A DNA stretch of 63,156 nt, counting the filler, from Chiloscyllium plagiosum (taxonomy: Eukaryota), in NCBI RefSeq assembly GCF_004010195.1. It is 5 parts of 5 records of this genome, joined end to end, with 100 filler letters (N's around TTAATTAATTAA, not from the genome) between each part and the next. Parts side by side here need not be neighbours in the genome. Positions count along the whole stretch, not along the records: positions 40,844 to 58,267 come from NW_025209759.1; positions 58,368 to 63,156 come from NW_025196403.1; 3 more parts are not named here. One strand, 5' to 3'. The position numbers and the translations under genes were made by a program. Positions within the stretch are counted from its first letter, which is position 1. Every line of letters starts with the position of its first letter. Under the pieces are notes generated by a model. That model made no database searches and had not been told where the DNA came from. It saw nothing but the letters and a program-made list of their open reading frames with translations. This document shows positions 50,699 through 63,082 of the stretch, piece after piece.

Positions 50699-53142
50699 CA
50701 AATGAGGAGATGCTAAAGGTCATATAAAGGTCGATAAATCCCGAGGACCTGATCAGGTGTATCCCAGAACATTTTGGGAAATGAGGAAAAAGATTGTTGA
50801 GCCCCTTACTGAGATATTTTCATCATTGACAAGCATAGGTAAGGTGATGGAGAACCAGAGAGGTTGGCTAATGTTATGCCATTATTTAAGAAAGACTGTA
50901 AGGAAAAGCCAGGGAACTATAGACCAGTGAGCCTGATGTCAGTGCTGGGTAAGATGTTGGAGTGGATTCTGAGGGACAGGATTTATATCCATTTAGATAA
51001 TCAGTGTGGTCTTGTGCATGGAAAATTATGTCTCCCTAATTTGATTGAGGAGGTGACAAGGAAGATTGATGAAGGCAGAACAGTAGACACTGTCTATATG
51101 GACTTCAGTAAACTGTTTGACAAAGTTCCACATGATAGACTGGTTTGGAAGGTTAGACCACATGGGATCCAGGGGAACGAGCCATTTGAGTAAAGAATTG
51201 GCTTTAAGATAGGAAACAGAGAGTGGTGGTAAAGTGTTGCTTTTCAGACTGGATAGAGAGATAGGTAGAACAATACAGCGCAGAACGGGCTCTTCGGCCC
51301 TCGATGTTGCACCACCTATGAACCAATCTAAGCTCATGCTCTGCACTATCCCATCATCATCCATGTACTTATCCAAGGATTGTTTAAATCTCCTTAATGT
51401 GGTTGAGATAACTACATCAGCAGGCAGGACATTCCATGCCCTGACTACTGTCTGAGTAAAGAACCTGCCTCTGACATTTGTCTTAAATAAATCATCCCTC
51501 AATTTGTAGTTATGCCCCCTCATACAAGCTGACATCATCATCTGAGGAAAAGGACTTCACTGTCTCCCCTATCTAATCCTCTGATCATCTTGAATGTCTC
51601 TATCAAATCCCCTCTTAGCCTTCTTCTTTCCAGTGAGAACAGACCCAAGTCTCTCAGCCTTTCCTCATAAGACTTTCCCTCCAGACTAGGCAACGTCCTG
51701 GTAAATCTCCTCTGCACCTTTTCCAATGCTTCCACATCCATCCTGTAATGAGACGACTAGAGCTGTCCACAGTATTACAAGTGCAGCTGCATTAACGTTT
51801 TGTATATGACATTACGGCTCCGGAACTCAATCCCTCTACCAATAAAACTTAACACACACTCTGCCTTNNNNNNNNNNNNNNNNNNNNNNNNNNNNNNNNN
51901 NNNNNNNNNNNNNNNNNNNNNNNNNNNNNNNNNNNNNNNNNNNNNNNNNNNNNNNNNNNNNNNNNAAATGAGGAGATGCTAAAGGTCATATAAAGGTCAA
52001 TAAATCCCAAGGACCTGATCAGGTGTATCCCAGAACATTTTGGGAAATGAGGGAAAAGATTGTTGAGCCCCTTGCTGAGGTATTTTCATCATTGACAAGC
52101 ATAGGTAAGGTGCTGGAGAACCAGAGAGGTTGGCTAATGTTATGCCATTAATTAAGAAAGGCTGAAAGGAAAAGCCAGGGAACTATAGACCAGTGAGCCT
52201 GATGTCAGTGCTGGGTAAGATGTTGGTGTGGATTCTGAGGGACAGGATTTATATCCATTTAGATAATCATTGTGGTTTTGTACATGGAAAATTATGTCTC
52301 CCTAATTTGATTGAGGAGGTGACAAGGAAGATTGATGAAGGCAGAACAGTAGACATTGTCTATATGGACTTCAGTAAAGTGTTTGACAAAGTTCCACATG
52401 ATAGACTGGTTTGTAAGGTTAGACCACATGGGATCCAGGGGGAGCGAGCCATTTGAGTAAAGAATTGGCTTGAAGATAGGAAACAGAGAGTGGTGGGAAA
52501 GTGTTGCTTTTCAGACTGGATAGAGAGATAGGTAGAACAATACAGTGCAGAACGGGCTCTTTGGACCTCGATGTTGCACCGACCTATGAACCAATCTAAG
52601 CTCATGCTCTACGCTATCCCATCATCATCCATGTACTTATCCAAGGATTGTTTAAATCTCCCTAATGTGGTTGAGTTAACTACATTGGCAGGCAGGACAT
52701 TCCATGTTCTTACTACTGTCTGAGGAAAGAACCTTCCTCTGACATTTGTCTTAAATAAATCATCCCTCAATTTGTAGTTATGCCCCCTCATACAAGCTGA
52801 CATCATCATCTGAGGAAAAGGACTTCACTGTCTCCCCTATCTAATCCTCTGATCATCTTGAATGTCTCTATCAAATCCCCTCTAGCTTCTTCTTTCCAAT
52901 GAGAACAGATCCAAGTCTCTCAGCTTTTCCTCATAAGACCTTCCCTCCAGACTAGGCAACGTCCTGCTAAATCTCTTCTGCACCTTTTCCAATGCTTCCA
53001 CATCCTTCCTGTAATGAGGCGACCAGAACTGTACACAGTATTCCAAGTGCGGCTGCACTAACATTTTGTATAGTTGCAGCATGACATTACGGCTCTGGAA
53101 CTCAATCCCTCTACCAATAAAACTTAACACACACTCTGCCTT
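50699..53142. repeat. ~1.17-kb duplication either side of an N gap (period about 1266)
   Basis: aaatgaggagatgctaaaggtc at ~50700 and 51966; both copies run to aacacacactctgcctt. Confidence 0.92.
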
Positions 53143-56100
53143 CTAATAGCACTATCAACCTGGGCGGCAACTTTCAGGGATCTATGTAAATGGACTTCAA
53201 GATTCCTCGATACATCCACACTACCAAGAATCTTTCCATTGACCCAGTCGTGTTATTCTTCCTAAAATGAATCACCTCACATTTAGCTGCATTGAACTCC
53301 ATTTGCCACCTCTCAGCCCAATTTTGCAGTTTATCCAAGACCCCCTGCAACATGCAACATTCTTCCACAATGTCCACCACTCCACCAACTTTAGTGTCAT
53401 CTGCAAATTTACTAATCTATCCACCTGTGCCTGTGTCCAAGTCATTTATAAAAATGACAAACAGCAGTGGTCCCAAAACAGATCCTTGTGGCACACCACT
53501 CGTAACCGGACTCCAGACTAAATATTTTCCATCAACCATCACTCGCTGCCTTCTTTCAGAAAGCCAGTTTCTAATCCAAACTGCTGAATCACCNNNNNNN
53601 NNNNNNNNNNNNNNNNNNNNNNNNNNNNNNNNNNNNNNNNNNNNNNNNNNNNNNNNNNNNNNNNNNNNNNNNNNNNNNNNNNNNNNNNNNNNNNNNNNNN
53701 NNNNNNNNNNNNNNNNNNNNNNNNNNNNNNNNNNNNNNNNNNNNNNNNNNNNNNNNNNNNNNNNNNNNNNNNNNNNNNNNNNNNNNNNNNNNNNNNNNNN
53801 NNNNNNNNNNNNNNNNNNNNNNNNNNNNNNNNNNNNNNNNNNNNNNNNNNNNNNNNNNNNNNNNNNNNNNNNNNNNNNNNNNNNNNNNNNNNNNNNNNNN
53901 NNNNNNNNNNNNNNNNNNNNNNNNNNNNNNNNNNNNNNNNNNNNNNNNNNNNNNNNNNNNNNNNNNNNNNNNNNNNNNNNNNNNNNNNNNNNNNNNNNNN
54001 NNNNNNNNNNNNNNNNNNNNNNNNNNNNNNNNNNNNNNNNNNNNNNNNNNNNNNNNNNNNNNNNNNNNNNNNNNNNNNNNNNNNNNNNNNNNNNNNNNNN
54101 NNNNNNNNNNNNNNNNNNNNNNNNNNNNNNNNNNNNNNNNNNNNNNNNNNNNNNNNNNNNNNNNNNNNNNNNNNNNNNNNNNNNNNNNNNNNNNTGGCCC
54201 AAGGGACTTGTCGACTTTCACTCCATCTAGAATAGGTAACACCTCTTCCCTACTCACCTTGATCCTTTCTAGTCTAATATCTCGTATCTCATTCTTTTCC
54301 TCTACAATATTCTCCTTTTCCTGAGTGAAAACCAATGAGAAATATTCATTTAGCACCTCTCTGACCTCCACAGGGGACATACACAACTTCCCAATTCTGT
54401 CTTTGACTGGCCCTATTCCTACCCTAGTCAACCTTTTATTCCTCACATACCTATCGAAAGCTTAAGGGTTCTCCTGCTAAAGACTGCTCATATCTTCTCT
54501 TTGTTCTTCTTAACTCTTTCTTTAAATCCTTCCTAGCTAATCTGTTAATCTCTATCACTTTGTCTGAACCATCTTGTCTCATTGTCACAGAAGCCTCTTT
54601 CTTCTGCTTAACAAGAGATGCAATTTCTATAGTAAACCACAGTTCCTTTACCTTATCACTTCCTCCCTGCCTGACAGGGACATACCTATCAAAGACATGC
54701 AATATCTTCCTGCAGCCAGCTCCACACTTTGATTGGCCCCATCCCCTGCATTTTGCTCCCCCATTCTCTGTATCCTCGGTCTTGCCTAATCACATTATAA
54801 TTGCTCTTGCCCCATCGATGACTCTTGCCCTATGGATTGTATCTATCCCTTTCCATCGATAAACTAAATGTAACTGAATTTTGGTCACTCTCTCCAAAGT
54901 GCTCACCTACAACTAAATCAAACACCTGACCTGGTTCATTACCAAGCACCAGGCCTCCCCTCTTGTCAGCCCTTTGACATACTGTGTCAGGAAACCCTCC
55001 GGCACACATTCGACAAAAACTGATCCATCCGACGTACTAGCTCAGATTACTCAGTATGGAAACAGGCCCTCCAGCCCAAACCGACTCTCCGAAGAGCAAA
55101 CACCCAGACCCACTCCCCTACATTTACCCCTTCACCTAACATTACGGGCTATCCAGCATGGCCAACTCACCTAACCTGCACATTTTTTTGGATTGTGGGA
55201 GGAAACCTGAGCACCCGAAGGAAACACATGCAGACACGGGGAGAATGTGCAAACTCCACACAGACAGTTGCCCAAGGCGGGAACTGAACCCCGGTCTCTG
55301 GCGCTGTGAGGCAGCAGTGCTAATCACTGTGCCACCATGCCACCCAGTGCCGACTTATAGCATTTCCAGTCAATGTTGGGGAAGTTAAAGTCTCCATAAT
55401 GACCACCCTGTTCCTTTCACTCNNNNNNNNNNNNNNNNNNNNNNNNNNNNNNNNNNNNNNNNNNNNNNNNNNNNNNNNNNNNNNNNNNNNNNNNNNNNNN
55501 NNNNNNNNNNNNNNNNNNNNNNNNNNNNNNNNNNNNNNNNNNNNNNNNNNNNNNNNNNNCTTGACTAACAAAGCCACACCTCCCCCTCTTTTACCATCTT
55601 GCCTGTTCTTAACGAAAGATCTAAACCCTGGTACTTGCAATATTCCAGACCCTGTTCTATCCATGTCTCTGAATGGCCACAACATCAAAGCACCAGGTAT
55701 CTATCCATGCTGCAAGCTCACCTAACTTATTTCGGATACTTCTAGCGTTGAAGTAGACACACATCAAACCAGCTTGCTATCTGCCAGCACATTCCTGTGA
55801 CTGTGAAATTCTGTCCACACCCTCCCTACTCTCATCCTCCTGTGTACTGGAACGACACCTCAGGTTCCCATCCCCCTGCTGCGCTGATTTAAACCCACCC
55901 AAATAGCACCAGCAAATTTCCCAGCCAGGATATTAGTACCCCTCTGGTTCAAGTGATGACCGTCCTGTTTGTAGAGGTCCCACCTTCCTCAGAATGAGCC
56001 CCAAGGGAGGGAGTACTTGAAACCCTCCCTCCTGCACCATCCCTGCAGCCACGTGTTAAACTGATATCTCTCTCTAGTCCTTGCCTTGCTATCATTTGGC

Positions 56101-56330
56101 CCGGGCAACAAACCAGAGAAAACAACTGTGTTTGTTTTAACTCTCAGCTTCCACCCTAGCTCCCTGAAATCCTGCCTTACATCCCTATCCCTCTTTCTGC
56201 CTATGTCGTTGGTACCGATGTGAAGCATGACTTGGGGCTGGGCACCCTCTCCCTTCAGGACCCCAAAAACAGGATCCGAGATATCATGGACCCTGGCACT
56301 TGGGAGGCAACGCACCAACCGTGAGTCTCG
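52525..56330 (-). mobile_element. Near full-length decayed CR1 LINE (ORF1 esterase, endonuclease, RT, 3' UTR) with gaps and a SINE insertion
   Basis: In order on minus: [65 protein letters not shown], 3' tail. Confidence 0.9.
55045..55345 (-). mobile_element. HE1-type SINE inserted in a CR1
   Basis: Reverse-complement head, core and tail. Confidence 0.85.
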
Positions 56331-56501
56331 TTCTCAGTGGAGATCTGTGAAATGAGGAAGCTGGAGAAATCTACATTCATCCTGTGTGGCTGGAGGGTTC
56401 TTAGAGGGTTCTTCCTCCTGATTGGAGGGTTCCTAGGCGGAAGTTGAGATGCTGGAGGCAAAGCGCCTCATCTTCTGCCGAGGAACCCTCCAACCCTCCA
56501 A

Positions 56502-56635
56502 GGGCGGCACGGTGGCACAGTGGTTAGCACTGCTGCCTCACAGCGCCAGAGACCCGGGTTCAATTCCTGCCTCAGGCGACTGACAGTGTGGAGTTTGCAC
56601 GTTCTCCCCGTGTCTGCGTGGGTTTCCTCCGGGTG
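56502..56635 (+). mobile_element. HE1-type SINE 5' part (runs into a gap)
   Basis: gggcggcacggtggcacagtggttagcactgctgcctcacagcgccagagacccgggttc. Confidence 0.88.
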
Positions 56636-56897
56636 NNNNNNNNNNNNNNNNNNNNNNNNNNNNNNNNNNNNNNNNNNNNNNNNNNNNNNNNNNNNNNNNN
56701 NNNNNNNNNNNNNNNNNNNNNNNNNNNNNNNNNNNNNNNNNNNNNNNNNNNNNNNNNNNNNNNNNNNNNNNNNNNNNNNNNNNNNNNNNNNNNNNNNNNN
56801 NNNNNNNNNNNNNNNNNNNNNNNNNNNNNNNNNNNNNNNNNNNNNNNNNNNNNNNNNNNNNNNNNNNNNNNNNNNNNNNNNNNNNNNNNNNNNNNNN

Positions 56898-56932
56898 TTC
56901 CTGAAGAAGGGCTTATGCCCGAAACGTCGATT
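56898..56932 (+). ncRNA. Minimal type I hammerhead ribozyme motif (second family)
   Basis: uc-CUGAAGA-a-GGGC uuau GCCC-GAAA-cg-UC-ga. Confidence 0.7.
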
Positions 56933-56999
56933 CTCCTGCTCCTCGGATGCTGCCTGGTCTGCTGCGCTTTTCCAGCACCCCACTTTTCAACATTGCTTT

Positions 57000-58267
57000 T
57001 CGTCATTTAACAAAATGATTTGGGTGTGAACATAGGAGTAATGTTAAGTTTGTAAATGACACCAAAACTGGTGGGACAGTGGATAGTGAAGAAGATGATC
57101 TCAGGGTACAGCGGGACCATGATCAGATGGGGCAATGGGCAGAGGTGTGGCAAATGGAGTTCAGTTTAGATAAATGTGAGATGTTGCATTTTGGAAAGAC
57201 AAACCAGGGCAGGAGTTATACAGGTAATGGTAGGGCCCTGTGGAGTGTTGCTGAACAAAAAGACCTCGAGGTGCAGGTGCAAGTGCATTATTCCTTGACA
57301 GTCGAGTCTCAGGGAGACAGGGTGATGAAGAAGGTGTTGGGTACGTTTGCCTTTATTGGTCATTGCACGAAGTATCAGAGTTGGGACATCGTGTTGCAGC
57401 TGTACAGGAGACTGGTGAGGCCACTTTGGGAACAATGTGAACAATTCCTCATCCTGCGATAGGAAGGATGTTGTTAAATTTAAAAAGCTGTGGAAAAGAT
57501 TTACCAGGACATGACCAGGAACTGGAGGGTTTGAGCTCCAGGGAAAGGCTGAATAGACTGGGGCTATTTTCCCTGGAGCATTGGAGGCTGAGGATTGACC
57601 TTATAGATGTTTATAAAATAATGAGGGGCATGGACAGGGTGTGTATCCAAGGTATTTTCCTTCAGTACGGGAGTCCAAAACAAGACGGTATGGGTTTAAG
57701 GAGAGGAGCAAAACATTCAAAAGGGACCTGAGGGGTAACTTGTCACACAGAGGGTGGCATGTGTATGGATCGAGCTGCCAGAGAAAGTGTTGGAGGCAGA
57801 TACAATTACAGCATTTAAAACACATTGGGATGGGTACATGGATAGGAAGGGTTTAGAGGGATGTAAGCCAAATGCTGGCAAATGGGATGAGGTCAGTTTA
57901 GGATATCTGGTTAGCATGGACAAGTTGAACCGAAAGGTCTGTTCCACACTGTATGACTCCAGGACTATGAGAGGCTGGAAAAGCTGAGACTTTTTACCCT
58001 GAAGCAGAAGGTTCTGAGGAGTGACCTTACAGAGGTTTAGAAAATCATGAGAGACATAGATGATGTGAAGAATTTTAGAAGGAGGCGAATGTTTTGTAGC
58101 GATGGCAAAAAATGTTCCCAAAGATCATTCAGGGATGAGGGACATCAGTTATGAAGATTAATTGGAGAATTTGGGACTGTCTTCTTTGGAGAAGGCTGAG
58201 AGGAGATTTGTTCGAGGAATTCAAAACCAGGAGTGGCCTGGACAGAGTAAATAGGGAGAAAATGTTC
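57000..58267 (+). mobile_element. CR1 LINE 3' fragments
   Basis: WAEVWQMEFSLDKCEMLHFG, LGLFSLEH.RLR.DLI. Confidence 0.85.
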
Positions 58268-58367
58268 NNNNNNNNNNNNNNNNNNNNNNNNNNNNNNNNN
58301 NNNNNNNNNNNTTAATTAATTAANNNNNNNNNNNNNNNNNNNNNNNNNNNNNNNNNNNNNNNNNNNN
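58268..58367. other. Artificial scaffold linker
   Basis: 44N-TTAATTAATTAA-44N. Confidence 0.97.
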
Positions 58368-59517
58368 GACACAACTTAAAATTCAGACCATTGCACAGAA
58401 CATAGAGGAGCGCTCACAACATTGGAAATGATTTTGTTTGATAAAAGAATCCATCGTAGACTTTCTCAGACCAATTCGTGTCAACAAACTTTTTTTTTGT
58501 GTGTGGGGTAGCGCACGAAATGTTACTTTAATCCGATTTGCACTTAAGAAATTGTTTGAAAACGTGTATCACAGTAGATACGCGAGTAAATTTTACAAAT
58601 CATTGATCAAAGGGGACAATCTTTTTTGGATTCGAGGAAGATCCACAGTGATATTTTGTAAATGTTTGGAGCTGGAATTGTTTTCAATTTTTGACCCAGA
58701 CATTGGTGTATTTTCCGTATGGTGGGGGATTTCAACAAGAGGGAACATGTTTTTCCAATGAGTGGAGAAAAATTTTAAAAAGGATATCAGAGACACAGAG
58801 AATGATTTGTGTGTGGGATGGTCTGGCGGTGGATACTTACAACCTTTAGAAGACATTTGGATAAGTAAATGAATATCAAATGTTTGGATGGGTATGGGCC
58901 AAGTACACACAGGTGGGATTAGTTTAGTTTGGGATTAGGACTGGCATGGACTGGGGGGACCGAGGGGTCTGTTTCCATGCTGTATCACTACATGACTCTG
59001 TGACTATTGATCAATTTTTCTCAATACTAAACAGTGCTGTAGTGATCCTTGAATGAACTGTTGATGTTAAGGTTGTGTCTGAGACTCTGCGAATATTTCC
59101 TTCAATGAGAGGAGTGACTAGTTCTCCAAGTTACACAACTGAAAATAAACTTTTCTCCAGCATTGCTGCTGAGTNNNNNNNNNNNNNNNNNNNNNNNNNN
59201 NNNNNNNNNNNNNNNNNNNNNNNNNNNNNNNNNNNNNNNNNNNNNNNNNNNNNNNNNNNNNNNNNNNNNNNNNNNNNNNNNNNNNNNNNNNNNNNNNNNN
59301 NNNNNNNNNNNNNNNNNNNNNNNNNNNNNNNNNNNNNNNNNNNNNNNNNNNNNNNNNNNNNNNNNNNNNNNNNNNNNNNNNNNNNNNNNNNNNNNNNNNN
59401 NNNNNNNNNNNNNNNNNNNNNNNNNNNNNNNNNNNNNNNNNNNNNNNNNNNNNNNNNNNNNNNNNNNNNNNNNNNNNNNNNNNNNNNNNNNNNNNNNNNN
59501 NNNNNNNNNNNNNNNNN

Positions 59518-59880
59518 ATCATGGTTGATCATTCCTAATCAGTATCCTGTCTTATCTCCATAACCCTTGATTCCACTATCTTTGAGAGCTCTATCCAACT
59601 CCTTCTTAAATTAATCCAGAGAGTGGGCCTCCACTGCTCCCTGTGGCAGAGCATTCCACACAGCCACCACTCTCTGGGTGAAGAAGTTTCTCCTCATCTC
59701 TGTCCTAAATGGTCTACCCCGTATTTTTAACCTGTGTCCTCTGGTTCGGCACACACCCATCAGTGGAAATATGTTTCCTACTGCCAGAGTGTCCAATCCT
59801 TTCATAATCTTATACGTCTCAAGCAGATCCCCTCTCAATCTTCGAAACTCAAGGGTATACAAGCCCAGTCGCTTCAGTCT
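59518..59880 (-). mobile_element. CR1 LINE 3' end
   Basis: LEFRRLRGDLLETYKIMKGLD, RRNFFTQRVV..WNALP. Confidence 0.85.
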
Positions 59881-60342
59881 TCCAGGGCCCTTTATACATG
59901 GTTAACACTGTGTCGTGTAACAGCGAAGTTTTGCTGATTTTTATGAGTTAACTGCCCTGTCAGAGCTAACAGTGAGCAGAGAAATGTACTGTTTATAACA
60001 TACATTCGTGGTAATTATTACTGTAATACTCTCTAACTTAACCAAACATTCCTGATGTACCCAGACTGTTACGTGCAATGGTTTAGCCATTGAGGATTAA
60101 AAAAAAACTTATAGACTGTTTTGTTCTAGTTCATTAGATGCTCTTTCAAAAGTTTACCTAGGTGTTATGTATCACTGCGGACTCACATTTTGTTTCTCAG
60201 GCACACAACTTGCCTTTACTGTGCATTTTAGTGTCGGAGCAATTTGAAAAATAAGATGCAGGGAGAGACATTCTGCAATGTAAGGAGGTGCTTCTAATCT
60301 CCGGGTCCAAACTGTTTAGTGACATACACTCACATTCTGAAC

Positions 60343-60790
60343 ATAATCACTTTAGACATGTTCCATATTAGGTTGCCGAAACTGAATTTAGAAACGCAGA
60401 TTAGAAATGATATGTTATTTTGTAATATGAGAGAGACTTTGAGTGACAGCAAAAATAAAGTCATTCATTTTGTTGGCTAATAATATTATTGAAGTTCTTT
60501 TTAGCTTTATCTGCTTGTGGTGGAATGTAGGATTAAAGGGAGTTAACTTCTAATTGAATATTATAAATATAATCACTTTGGACACGCTCTGTATTCAGTT
60601 GTCTAAATTGAATTCTGAAATGTTTCATATGAATTACATGTTATTTTGTAGTGCGACAGAGACTTGCTGTATCCAGGGAAGAAAAGCTCAACTGTTTTAT
60701 TAACTAGTAATATGTTTGAACTTTAATTTTACTTTTATCTGCTTGTGAATGAATGTCGAAATAAAGGGAGCTAACTTCCAGTTGAATTTG
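60343..60790. repeat. Diverged tandem duplication, ~226-bp period
   Basis: ataatcacttt.gaca, tgttattttgta, tttatctgcttgtg, taaagggag.taacttc each occur twice in register. Confidence 0.8.
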
Positions 60791-61037
60791 TTATATTAAA
60801 CAAAATACATGCAACTATCATGTGAAACAGACCTGAAGCTACTCAAATTTACTTCCAAATAAGCTATTCAGCAAAACCAATATCCCAAGATGTGTATGTG
60901 TCCATGTTTAAGCAGAACCTCATGTTAAGACATGACCCCATGTGTTCAGGCTGTGCAAGCTGACACCAGGATCCAGTCTGAGCCTCCAGCAGGACACCAA
61001 CATGCGGAAGCTGTAAGCCTGTCCCTTCCGATGGCCA

Positions 61038-61043
61038 TATAAA
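61038..61043 (+). promoter_or_regulatory. TATA box of the VH promoter
   Basis: TATAAA about 90 nt upstream of the leader ATG; ETS-like CGGAAG at ~61005. Confidence 0.75.
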
Positions 61044-61130
61044 TCCTGGGCACTGGACCGTAATTCAACACTCCTGGGTCGGCTCTGTTTAGAAAGATCT
61101 TGACAGAACCGTTTCCCACAAGTTATCAGA

Positions 61131-61179
61131 ATGATTGTGTCGACACTTTTTCTCAGTTTGTTACTGACTTTCTTATCAT
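61131..61179 (+). CDS. IGHV: IgH leader exon (L-part1)
   Basis: MIVSTLFLSLLLTFLS + phase-1 donor T|GTGAGT; 127-nt intron to the V exon. Confidence 0.93.
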
Positions 61180-61306
61180 GTGAGTATTTTTTGTTCAAGT
61201 CTCTCTTTGTGACTGTCTCAATGTTAGTCTACGGCAGGAATGTAAAAGACTCAGACATCATTTCACCAACATTAATGCTCATGGTTTGTTTGTTTTCTTT
61301 TTAAAG

Positions 61307-61611
61307 GTGTCCAGTCGGAGGTTGTTTTGACCCAGCCAGAGGCAGAGACTGGCCGTCCCGCAGGCAGCCTGAAACTGACCTGTAAAACCAGCGGGTTCAA
61401 TCTTGGCAGCTACTACATGAGCTGGGTCCGACAGGTTCCCGGACAGGGTCTGGAGTGGCTGCTGTCCTACTATGATTCATCGGACAATAGCTATGCGCCA
61501 GCGATTAAGGGTCGATTTACTGCGTCCAAAGACACTTCAAACAACATTTTCGCGTTGGACATGGGGAACCTGAAGATCGAAGACACCGCCATCTATTACT
61601 GTGCAAGAGAC
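61307..61611 (+). CDS. IGHV: IgM-type heavy-chain V exon, germline unrearranged, open frame
   Basis: TTAAAG| acceptor; [52 protein letters not shown]...[13 protein letters not shown]...[11 protein letters not shown]. Confidence 0.96.
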
Positions 61612-61650
61612 CACAGCGAGAGGAACCAGGGCTGGACCCGTTCAAAAACA
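61612..61650 (+). promoter_or_regulatory. 23-spacer RSS of VH
   Basis: CACAGCG-23 nt-TCAAAAACA. Confidence 0.92.
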
Positions 61651-62134
61651 GCTCGAGGGAACATTTTGTCAATACCATTATAAACTGATGGTCAGTACGA
61701 GTTTTAAATGCAATTATACCACGGATTGATTTTTGTTCAGACTGATTATAGACTTCAGTTAAGGCTCAGCAAATAGTTACAGTGGGGATGATGGAGTCAG
61801 TTACTCGGTGTATCTCTTTTTTTGATCAGATGGGCATTCTGTGTGGCTGGGTTACTTGAAACACCTAATGTTTCTTAATCAGTCAGCTATAAATAATGTT
61901 TAATACCAGTGACATCCTGACTGTGAGTTTTATTATCAACAACAAAGGCTAAGAATTCAAAGATGTTCGAGATATTACTAAACATGATTAAAATATGCTA
62001 AAATATCATGATTCACTTCTTGAATATATGTTCTTACCCTGATTATATTTTCTCATTTATTTTGTTAATTTTGTTGATGACAAGCAGGTTAGAAACTGTC
62101 ATAAAAATTTTCTTGCGGCGCTATATTGCATTCT

Positions 62135-62390
62135 GATGATTAGATTCTGAGTTTGGTTTACTTGATTCTGTTGAATTGAGTTGATTGGATTTTGGCTTTG
62201 TTTTAGTTGATTCGGTTTGAACTGTGTTGATTGGATTCTAGACTTTGTTTTTACTTGGTTTTTTGAATTGTGTTGATTGGCTTTTGTTTTATTTATTCTG
62301 TTGAATTGAATTGTTTGGATTCTCATTATGTTTCATTCAAATCTGTTGAATTGAGTTGATTGGATTCTTATTCAGTTTGTGAAATTGATC
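62135..62390. repeat. Degenerate T/G-rich short tandem repeat
   Basis: Recurrent ctgttgaattga / ttgattggatt units. Confidence 0.75.
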
Positions 62391-62808
62391 AGCGTTTTCA
62401 TGTTTTCTGTAATCGGTGTTTTCTTTCTGGTGAGGAGATTGACTCTCTGGATTACTTTTCATTACCAATATTTGTGAAGTTCTTTTGTTTTTCATGAATC
62501 ATTTCTGCTTTTGTTAAACTTGTATGACACATTTTTCTCTGCTTGATTGACAACATTACATCCATTTGAAACGGTCTGAAAACAACTTAAGGCAGGAACC
62601 CGGAAGTGTGAGAAATGAAAAAAAAAGAGTTTTTAATGCATTGACTTTTAACAAAAAAACTCAGTTCTAATTGTAAACTAACTGAATTTTGTTTTGATTA
62701 GCCTCATTCAAAATAAAATTTGGGACTAAAATCTGAAACTGCAGAATTGATCAGATTATGTAATTGAAACTACCTTAAAATTATAATGTGGTAATATTTG
62801 TCCATTCA

Positions 62809-63082
62809 GTAATTTTGTTTTGACAATGAAGTGATTAATCAAATATGCCGTCAACCGCTCTACTGTGCGCTGCACAAGATTGTCATGATCAGGAAGGGTG
62901 TACAGGTTGGAAATAAATTGAACTGTTGCCAGAAACGTTACAGCTGTAATTTTGTTTTGACCATGAAGTGATTAATCAAATATGCCGTCAACCGCTCTAC
63001 TGTGCACTTCACAAGATTGTCACGATCAAGAAGGGTGTGCAGGTTGGAAATAAATTGAACTGTTGCCAGAAACGTTACAGCT
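62809..63082. repeat. Tandem duplication 2 x 137 bp
   Basis: gtaattttgttttgac...gaaacgttacagct twice, about 6 differences. Confidence 0.93.

Noticed and set aside
58644-58650. CACAGTG near the start of S5
   Set aside because: No nonamer and no V or D coding sequence adjacent
61597-61603. Cryptic heptamer TACTGTG in VH FR3
   Set aside because: Near-universal consequence of Tyr-Cys-Ala codons
17794-61650. Apparent single locus mixing kappa light-chain and IgM heavy-chain genes in opposing orientations
   Set aside because: Each piece is on a different scaffold joined by artificial linkers; order, orientation and linkage carry no information. CH1-CH2 and CH3-TM cannot be assumed to be one gene.
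61728-61790. GATTTTTGT nonamer-like word and D1-like TTACAGTGGGG
   Set aside because: No heptamer at the correct spacing; TACAGTG lacks the essential CAC
62861-62879. D-like TACTGTG-cgctg-CACAAGA
   Set aside because: No nonamer at 12 or 23 spacing on either side; both heptamers are imperfect
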